Below, piece after piece: positions 54,371-64,000 of a stretch of 64,000 bases of DNA (the stretch's first letter is position 1; every line of letters begins with the position of its first letter). Both the position numbers and the translations under genes were made by a program. The stretch covers positions 8,203,919-8,267,918 of the forward strand of contig CM082584.2 in NCBI GenBank assembly GCA_040954595.2, given 5' to 3'. A model generated the notes under the pieces. It did not search any database, was not told the origin of the DNA, and worked only from the letters and a program-made list of their open reading frames with translations. The stretch comes from Balanoglossus misakiensis. Its lineage: Eukaryota > Animalia > Hemichordata.

Positions 54371-56443
54371 CGAATTTATTTTATAAACTTTTATTTCGTG
54401 AAATTACAACTTGTTGGTTGCAGTGTAACTCTGATGACCCGTGACACTTACTCACGAGTAGTGTGTGAGATTTTGTTATTTTCCTCGTCATTTTTGACAC
54501 CTTTGCATATCTGGCTGCATTGCTCGGCGTGTTTTAGTAACGTATGTTTCCTTTATTTCAACAGGAGCGCCAAATCCGGACGTGACAATGTACTAAACGA
54601 ACGCAATAACCCGTTCGACAGGAAGCTGTGGCTTGCTGGCGTCAGAGATATCGAAACAAACAACATTTGCTACACGCTGAATCATACGTTGTATGTGATT
54701 GCTCGGTTCCAAAACTACCAACAGTGGCGAGAGCTGGTTCTGGGAGATTCCACAGGAAGCGTTTAACCAAAGCTTGATTTGTGACGAGGGCAACTGAACC
54801 TCTAATCGTTACAACCCCCGAAGAAGCCGCACACACAGCCGATGTTTACATGAGGAGATAGACACCACTGAATATTGTGGCCATGTCCCCTGTTCAAACC
54901 TAGGGGTCAAAGTGTACTCTCGGGAAAACGCTGTAATCACATTGTGCAATCTGGAGAACATCGTCGATAGTTGTGAACCTGGAAGTGTAAAAATGTGAGA
55001 CATTAGAGTTATAAGGGAAAGAAGTAGCTATAGGAGCTTTCATGTGATTGTAAACAAATCGCAAAACGTGTGTCTTGTTTCCCCCCTTCAGAAGTGCCAT
55101 TTTCTTGATCGAGTGTTTCCCTTTAAAAATTTGGAGGTCTAAGTTTCTAACTGGTAGAGTAGCTGTTTGGTTGAGATAATTCCGACACTATCTTTAGAAG
55201 GTTTACATAACTGTATACTGTGTACAAATTCATTCAGCATTCTTTTAGATTATATATTCAATTCAAGGTGTGTGATATATTTTTGTAAATAGCTAAATCT
55301 TTAAATATCTCAGATTCTTTATAAGTCCTCCTTGATCTTTCCACTAAGTACATACAGTAGCTTGTATACCAAGTTAGGTGAGCTATTTTGTCGTCCATAA
55401 TTCTCAAGCAGTGTCCTTAAACATTTTCTCAGTTATTCTAATAAGCAATACACGACCCCAAGTCTGTTTTGTTGTTGAAAAGTGTAACCAACAGAACGGT
55501 TCAAAAGAGGTCTCAATGCTCATGCTCCAAAAGCCCATGCCATTACTGCCAGTTAAAATAAACAAGTTTTAAGGGAAACCTATGGAGGACGAAGACCCAG
55601 AACTCTAAGAAGAATTACTTCCACGGGAAATTTTTTAGGACTTATCACTAACTTGTGCTTGAACTGATAAGAAGATTCCCAAGTGACTTGAACAGCTACG
55701 CATAAGAAGTACTTGCTTCTTTTGGAATCCTGCTTGTTGTACTATGATGTGCTAGCAGGAAGTGGACTTCTCGATTGGATTGATCTGATATCAAAATAAG
55801 GATTTAGAGTTAGAATTCAATGGTAGACGGCGTTTGTGGGGAGAACCACTGGTTTACCCCCTCAAGTTCTTCCCAATCTGTCATCTTATAGTGTTCATGA
55901 AAAAGGTAAGTGTTTCGTTTCATATTTGTGAAATGTGTGTGTACGTGTGTGTTTGGTCTTGTCACAATATGTACATGTAGGGATTGGCCATATGGGTGGT
56001 TATTTTTACTGGGAGAACTTGTAATGGCTAGAATGTTACTGAAAATATATGAACTCAGGCAGTGTTCAAATTACATGTAATATATCTCTAGTGCAGCTGA
56101 TGGCTCCCATCCTGATGTTCTTTAGTGATAAAAGTTTGGCTGCCCTTTGTTCATACACATTGTATTATTATACAGTTACAGGTGTACATGTATGATGCGT
56201 ACAGATAAACATATGTCACCCCATTCGGTATATGTAGTTCATGGGTCCGATCACCCACTTAAAACATGGGGGGGGGGGGGGGGGTTGTACTAAAGCACCC
56301 ATCGATAACAAGGGGGTTGTAGTGTACATTACTAAAGCTGGAAAATGACAGGATTTAACTATCTCGCTATAAAGGTTTCTTATGTGGTATCATTGTGTTA
56401 TGGACTTAATTTCCAGGAGTGGTATGCTATGCCTATAGATGTG

Positions 56444-59400
56444 ATGGCTAACCCTCCTCAGCATGATTTTGCACCTGCCTGGCTGAATTTTCCTAGTGAA
56501 CAGGTGAGTTGAATTACACACTTAGAAAGGGTGGGCATTTCTGTTGTCATACACGGTGTTGTTTGAACCATTAGGGTGTTCAAATTCCAGGATTCACATA
56601 ATTGTGCGTACAGACACAAGCCACCCGAAATCTGATAACCTGCCCATTCTCTTGCACAGAAGCCATTCAAATCTCACCAATATGAGCACCACCAGCGCCA
56701 CGACAGGAGTTCACGAAGTCACGACCGCGACGACGGTGGATACCTTGCCAACCAGGAACGTCTTTACTCCTCTGAATCTCACCTTGCCCATTCTGGACAT
56801 CCGCCCTTACAAGCTCACCCTCAAGCAGGCTATGGATACAGAGGCAGAGATGGTAAGTCAATTGAAATTAGTATTATTTACATGGACTCGTGGTCATCAG
56901 AGAACTTGGTACCTTTAAAGCAAAAACACAAGTACAGGCAAACCTGCCTATAGTGGCCAGTCAAGGGACTTTCGTAAACTGGCCTTTATAGACAGGTGGC
57001 CTTTATTGACAGGTAAATTAATGTAAATGTAGTACATGTTAATTGCACAGGGACTGTAACAAAATGGCCACTATATAGAGGTGGCCACTAATACAGGTTT
57101 GACTGTAGTGTATAGCATGCAGTACATTCGTTTGATTTACAGTACATGTACATGTACGTGCAGTTCGTTATGACCAATGACAGAAATTTTTCCTGCCCTC
57201 TTTAGAATAATTCTATGTCTCTATTTTGCTATGACATGTCCCCATCTCCATTACTGTGATGTGGTGTGTTTTTTTTTCCAATAGACAAACGCCATCAGCC
57301 TCATCCTGGCTACACCAGACACCATTCTCTAGATGACGATCGCTACCAGCACAACTTCCAGCAGGGCGGGGGCGATGCCATCTACCACCAGGGCGGCCAC
57401 CTGTGGCGTCCGTCCCGCGACGGCATCTACCAACATCCCAACGCCCGCTTCGGCAACGGCACCTTCCACGGCGGGGGTGCCGGTGGAAACGGCTACCACG
57501 GCAACCGAGGCGGCGGCGGCGGGAGACAGAGGTACAACTCTGGGTCCCGCGAGTACCACGAGCGCGGTCGTCAAGACAGCAAGGAGGAGAGCTGGGACGG
57601 GGAGATGGGCAATGATGCGGAGAGTGAAACCAACGAGACTTCAAACAACAATAATAGTGTTGACACGGGAGAGAAGTTTGAACAAGAATTTGTGAGTATA
57701 CTTGAAGATGTTATGTAGAGCATGTATGGCATGCACAGTTAACAAATGTATCTACAATGGGAAATATCTGTATTAGATGATTGCTGAATGATCTATGACT
57801 GTTATATATTTCACCATGATCTTTTCCACTGTTCTCGTCACCATGAGACTTCTGTAGTTCTGTGTTAATAAATCATTGTCCTTGTTTGTGTGCTTTTAGC
57901 CTTCTTTGCGAGGAGATGTTGGGAGTGGGGGCAAAGAAACTCAAAGTAACAAACCAGCTGGCGTTTGGGGTAAGTGACTTGGCCTTGGTTATACATGTAT
58001 GTACATGTTCTAACAGTGAACGTCTTATTTGAAACGGGGAATTCCCCTACATGTATCTCCCAGTCATGAGTTTGTTCCTATCTCTCAGTCTGACACATGG
58101 ATCAACCTAAATGATTTTGTAGTTTGTGTTGAGTACAAAAACGATGAAAAACTGCTTTCTCTCATTGAAGTACAACATGCATTACTGTATACTGTGAAAT
58201 GTCTCCCTCTGTAAATTGTAAAGGCATTACAAAATGGTGACTTTCATCATGGCCAAAAGTGTGTATACTTTCTATACTGTGCCTCTTATTGAGTTTCAAC
58301 ATCACTGTACACATTCTGTCAAAAATGACAATGCTATGTTTCTTGGCTCCTGCAGACAAACCGCCTAACTCGAAGATACACAGCATGGGTGGGCGGCGAA
58401 TGCAGCTGATACAGAAACCACTACGCAACGAGAGCACTGACAGCAGTTCCAACGGTGGTAGTACGGGAGAGGCGGGTCAGAAACTGAACCCCCACGCGGG
58501 CATCGTCAACCAAGCCAACAAAACAGCCACATCTAATACTGCCAGTAATAGTATCTACAAGTCGTTGGTGCCTTCGAAGGGTCATACCAAGGTAAAATAA
58601 AAAATGTCCCCACTTACCAGTATGCACTAGTAACATAAACACGGTTGTGCATAATTTTACTGCTATATACAATAGCACTAAAGAAAACCTGCTTTTTATG
58701 ATTCTTATGATAATGAGTGGAATGGCTTTGCAAGTTCATTCAGCATTTACTTTGTAATTTTAAGTGATAAAGCAAGTAGGAGAATTTATTGATTCAAATT
58801 TCATTTTAAGTTCTTGTGTGTGAGCATTCCACATACTGACATTAATTATTACATTACAATTTCCAAGATACTGTCACTTTCTTAGCTTATAGTTGCAATT
58901 GTTTGTCCCGACAGAGTGCTTCCCGTAAACCACCACCAGTAAAAGAATTGAGTTCAAAGCCGAGTGTAGCGCCAGCCTCTCAGACGAAGCCGACTACACC
59001 GACCACGCCGATTCCTACAACTTCACAATCATTCACTAAGGAGGTGGGTTAGACTCTACCAGTTACATGAAGTAACAGTTTGTCTGTTTGTGTGTGTTTT
59101 ATGCATGTGAGAGTTGTGTTATGACCTGGGTTCATTTGAATGTGAATGTATTTATGTAGGTGTGTATCTATGCTGACTGTATTCAGTACATACTATTCGT
59201 TCACATTATTCTTTTTACACACTTGAACTGACGATGTCTAATCGATTTTTAGGCCTACCCATAACCTACCGTAATACAGTAATGTTACATGTATCTTGTT
59301 GGTGTATATGTGTTTGGTATAACGCAGGCAACCGTGACAGTCATACAGACGATTACAGGTGTTTATTCAACAAGTGGTGCTATAGAAAATGATCCCCAAA

Positions 59401-60853
59401 CCTGCACTTTCTTCCAGGTCCCACAGCGTCCCACCTCCACCCCACCTATTGAGATCCTCAACCCCCGCCTTGTGACGGCGCAAACCAAGAAGCTGGACAA
59501 GAAGAGTGACTTCCTCAAAGAATTGAGGAAGGGCAGCGGCAGCCACAAGGACGACAATAGTAAAGAGGAGGAGAATGGCGATGGGTGTAGTAGTGAGGAC
59601 GAAGTGAATCCGGAGGAGAACGGAAATACAAATAATGAGGTGTGTATAAAAATGTAAATGCAGTCAACTGAAGGGTCATATGGTAGATATTGCTTTGGTA
59701 CATTGTATCTTCACTTTGCTGGTATTGCACATAGTGTACGTATTTCTCCATAGTGTGTGTAATGGTTATGTGACGTGTTTCATGAATATCAGAAAAGGTC
59801 AAATGATTCATTACACACGGAGAGCACATCATTCACTAATGTGTTTAGTACTATCTACAATCCCTGTATTTTGTTTCCATTCACATTCCCAGTTGCCGTC
59901 TGAGGACGACACAAAACTGATGAATGAAGACGACGTGTTCTGTGAGAATGTGTGTCCGCGAGAGTTTGAGGGAAGGAAGAGACAGACTCTAGACATCAAT
60001 CATCTAGACAGTTTGACGATTAGCATGAATCCCGGATCTTCGCCGATGAAGTCGGAGCTATCGAGTTCTTTGGAAGCGGAGAGGAGGTTGGTACTAATAA
60101 TAAGATTGATTTCCCCCAATCACTGAAAACTGTTCCGGCTGTGTCAAAAAAGGTCCATAGAAATCTGAGTCAGTGACGAGTTTAGGTGGGGACTAAGTTA
60201 TGAATATGTGTCACCACTTCAGTCATTGGTGACCATATTTCTGATGTTGATTGTGTCAAAAGACGATCTTGTTCGCAACCTGATTTCATCCCTGTGTTGA
60301 CCAGCGACATGAACCAGACAACATTGGATTATATCTTGCAGGTTGTTGCGGGAAATGGGCTGGCAGGAGGACATTGATGAGAAGCCTTTAACGGAAGACG
60401 AGCTGAGAGAATTTCAGGCTATTACTGCCAAGCTGGATAATAAACCTGTAAGTAGTCATTTACGACCCAGTATGGCTACAGTGCATGTGGCCATTTTGTT
60501 GTCATTCTGCATGTCCTGGTAACCATTTACACGGACGTACACCTCCTGAATTGATTCCATTCAAACTTTGTACTGTGACACTGACATATGGTTGCTTCCG
60601 GATATGATTTAAAATGGCTGCCGGGAAACAATTTTGCTGGAGTCCTTACTTGGATATGACTGAATTGAGTTACAAAATGGTCTTAATGCATTTGTGTGTG
60701 TAATTATTTTCATTTCAGAGCAAACTGAGAAACGGATTCAATCACAATCTTATTACAAAATGGAGTCCAGTCCACAACATCAACAAAATTGATCTGAACG
60801 AATGTGAATCAGACTCATCTTCAGACTCCTCAGACGATGAGAATGGTCCTTGA
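56444..60853 (+). CDS. GPBP1: Vasculin / GC-rich promoter binding protein 1-like (co-orthologue of GPBP1 and GPBP1L1)
   Basis: Exons: 56444-56503 (QHDFAPAWLNFP; an in-frame ATG also lies at 56429), 56660-56852, 57285-57691, 57900-57969 (FEQEF|PSL), 58356-58591 (SIYKSLVP), 58915-59043, 59418-59639 (DKKSDFLKELR), 59893-60086 (LSSSLEAERR), 60342-60447 (LLREMGWQE..PLTEDELREFQ) and 60719-60853 (acidic SSDSSDDE end). AATAAA at 61369. Confidence 0.93.
56933..57107. mobile_element. Tc1/mariner-pogo type MITE (TA TSD) in a GPBP1 intron
   Basis: ta-caggcaaacctg ... caggtttgactg-ta inverted ends with internal repeats of tggcc..ta..gacagg. Confidence 0.65.
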
Positions 60854-61589
60854 AAAACGAGGCCCGGCAAAGAAGAGAGATCTACAAGATATTTTTCCGC
60901 TTATTTTCTTTTCCGTTTTATTGTGTGTGATGAAGACCACGGGGGCCCTCATCATGCTATATGCAATAAGAAGCTTGTTAGCCGTGACTGTGGAAGAAAG
61001 AAAATTGATTCAGATAACCGAGAATTTATCACGTATTGTGGTCTGAGATTATTCAAAAGTTGTTCAGTATTTTGAGTAATAATTTCTACGGAATTTTAGG
61101 GATCAGTTTTTTTTTTCTGTTTTCTCATTTTCGTCTTTTGAGGGAGATTGTGTTTTGAAGACTTCAATGCATTGACATGCTTTCATATATAAAAGTCGTG
61201 AAGTCAAAAACACTTTCAATTGTAAAAAAAAAAGGAAGAAAAAAATCCAAGTGAAAGAGAGACAATTCAGGGACTGAAGTTTGACTTTCCCTGTGTGTTT
61301 ACTTGGAATGAGAATTAGTTTATTACAAATGGTGATTGAGTCTCCATTGAATCAGTGACTACTACATTAATAAAGCGCAAATCTGCAACTTTTGCAGTTA
61401 TTCTTCGAATTTCTTTGTGCTATTTTACCCTTGTACACCCCGTTTCACGTGTCCTTGTACATTGACACCTGTTAGGCAACGAACACCAAAAAGCGCCCTC
61501 GTGCGACGAATTTTCCAGTTGGAAAATTGGATGTGCTAAAAAAATGAGTTGGTTAATGATCATTGTGTAAGCCTGACACTTGCAATGAT

Positions 61590-61630
61590 TTAACCCTTTC
61601 ACACCCAGTTTCCTCTATGGAAGTCCAATG
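61590..61630. mobile_element. End fragment of the piggyBac-like MITE
   Basis: ttaaccctttcacacccagtttcctct matches the reverse complement of the right end of 42320-42412. Confidence 0.5.
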
Positions 61631-62159
61631 TTTATATCTATACAGAAGTGCCCAGGTAAATACTAGTAAATAAGGGCATTTAAAGAGAGGGGTCACTAAT
61701 CTAATTGTTGCATATACACGTATTTGTCAGGGGAGTGGGAGGTAGGTCAGCCAATGGAAGTAATTTCCACCAGCCACAAGTCACCCATTTTTTTTTGCCA
61801 AAATCAAAGAAGACCACTGAATTTGTAGGTCTTCAAAATTTTGCATTCTGTGGAAAACAGTGACTTGTATCAAACTTAATTAGTGGAAAAAGGGCAGAGA
61901 GAGAGAGACTCTGTCCCTTTAATGTAGGATTGTGTGCGCAAACGCGGGTACTGGTAAGGTCATCATGAAGGTCGAAAAACGAAAGATTGATTGGACTGAA
62001 CCAGGCTGGGACTGAACAGTCTGTGCGCTACTTTGCCCCAACTAGGGTCATAGTTTATACTCGGATCAAAACTGTGAAGCCGTGCAGAGGTGGCGTAAAA
62101 TTCGTATTGACGAGAGCACTGTACTCCATCCACGCCAAGTCTAGACCAGAACAGTCAAC

Positions 62160-63984
62160 ATGTCAAAGGGCAAGCAGGTATGCTTTACGTCGTCTTTACT
62201 CTGCGTAACGCCGGGAGCACACATACCTGTACGCAGAGCTACGTCGTCTCGAGGCCACGAGTAGCCCCACCTGCGTACAGGTCTATCACAGATCAGTACC
62301 CTGGGCTAGGCCGTGGCCGCGAGGATTGATAGCTGCACGGATAGGCCTAGGTCTACTCGGTCGAAGCTGACACTATGTTACCCTGAACGTTGTTCATTAT
62401 AAGCAAGTCTATACTGTTCTTGGTGGAAAGTTCCTCCCCGAAAACAAAGCTTCAATGGCGACGCCTATACATGATGACGTGACGATTTAATTGCGACAGC
62501 ATGACCTGGATAGGCCCAATTCATATTCATTCGAATATAACTAGATTTAACTATAGACGGGCGTAAATTAGATTTTTAAATGAGTGCCGATTGCACCAAA
62601 CACATTTTTCAATTCGGAGACAAATATTCGAGTCGTTCCAATGGCAAATAAAGAAAAAATTGTCGCATCTTTATTTGACATTAAGCCTTCTCTTTGACTT
62701 TCATATATACATTGTATAGCCATCGTGTCCGGCATCAAACGTGTCCGGTAAAGTTGCCTTGGTAACTGGATCGAGTACCAGGGATGGTATTGGCATTGGT
62801 GTAGCAAGGAGTCTGGCCAGTAGAGGGTGTGCTGTGATATTGACCGGAAGTCGCGAGCCCGAAAAAGTGGAACAACTGAGATCTGAACTGGAAAAGTAAT
62901 GGCATGACTTGCAGTTTGATGTGATACTCTTTTCTTGTCTATCTTTATTAACAGTGGTTACTTTTCTAGTAAACCGTGATCAACAGTAGAATTCAAAATA
63001 CTGGAACGTCATTCACCTTTAGCATTTTACAGTGGATATTATTAGAAGCAGAATACTCACTCCAGCTGCAGAAAAAAACGAGCTATTTGCATGAGCACGT
63101 TATGTAATTCCTGAACTTGTGACATCTGTTTCAGAGAATACGGAGTGTCGTTCCATTATTTCGCTGCCGATTTCAACAAGTTAGACGACGTTGAAAAACT
63201 GATCAAAGACATCAACTCGATCTACCCAAGCGGAGTGGACATTCTGGTCAACAATGCAGGTAAAAGAACACTGTCTTCTCATAAAGTTAAGGCATAATGT
63301 TACTTGCGATCGTCTGGATTAAACCAAATGAAAACCACTTGTAAAATTGCAAATAATTTGATTAGATTCTTTCATTCAGAAAATATATCTGATTTAGGAT
63401 TAATCACAAAGAGTGGTCTGGTCAAGTTAAAGGTCATCTTCCACATTTATTTAATCCTCCAGTGGCGTTTCCTGCTTCATTGCCTGTTGAAAATATCGAC
63501 ATTTCAATGTGGGAGAAGTCTTTACGAGTCGATTTAACTGCAGCATTTTACCTGATACAACTAACCCTTCCTGGTATGAAAAAGAAAGGTAAGGAATACG
63601 ATTTTTGGTGTATATTTTTGTTCTGTATATATACATGTGTATGTGTATGTATTCCAAGGGCTTGTCTATCACCGTGGCTCGGAGATGTAACTATTTCCAC
63701 TCATTTCAAGTGTCATTTACACCCAAAGGTATCGTCAGTTTGAAATAACTGATATATGTTAACGAAATGTATGTGCACAGTGTGTAGAGGGACTGTGGTA
63801 TGTGAAGATACCGGTAGATTTAACTTTGTCGTTAAATAATCCCACGACTTCAAATCGACGTTGTTGTTTTCGTCCTGCAGGATGGGGGAAAATTATCAAT
63901 ATGAGTTCTGTATGGGCCTTTGGAGGACAGCAACTAGTAGCTGGTATCGTGGTCTCTAAGCATGGTCTTAATGGCTTGACCAAG
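62160..63984 (+). CDS. Short-chain dehydrogenase/reductase, D-3-hydroxybutyrate dehydrogenase-like, with atypical catalytic residues; truncated by the window end
   Basis: Exons: 62160-62177 (probable), 62720-62895 (GKVALVTGSSTRDGIG), 63135-63259 (VDILVNNA), 63463-63588 and 63881-63984 (GWGKIINMSS..SKHGLNGLTK). Junctions are phase compatible. Confidence 0.85.
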
Positions 63985-64000
63985 GTAAATACAACGGAGG

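Noticed and set aside
57213-57695. Arg-, Ala- and Thr-rich alternate-frame ORFs in the GPBP1 exon
   Set aside because: By-products of the GC-rich, Gly/His/Arg-coding exon.

Overview
Intron-rich, AT-rich animal genomic DNA, probably from an invertebrate deuterostome such as a hemichordate (organism is an inference). Reading GT-AG boundaries and exon phases by hand gives six spliced genes. Three form a cytokine-receptor cluster. Genes A (minus, truncated at the left edge) and B (plus, complete) are head-to-head paralogous gp130/Domeless-like class I receptors: signal peptide, Ig, CHR with WSEWS or WGDWS, then five FN3 domains. Gene C has an N-terminal module with class II (IL-10R/IFN receptor/tissue factor-like) features, followed by gp130-type FN3 domains. 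The second half of gene C's D1 domain exists as two tandem, phase-incompatible exons 52 nt apart, which points to mutually exclusive splicing of the predicted ligand-binding surface. Next come a head-to-head TMEM69 / vasculin (GPBP1-like) pair, recalling the human GPBP1L1-TMEM69 and GPBP1-IL6ST neighbourhoods, and a truncated SDR that lacks the catalytic Tyr. Several small TTAA- or TA-flanked MITEs, short tandem duplications and candidate STAT/IRF sites are also present. No RNA genes or CRISPR arrays were seen. All gene models are manual and unverified by transcripts.
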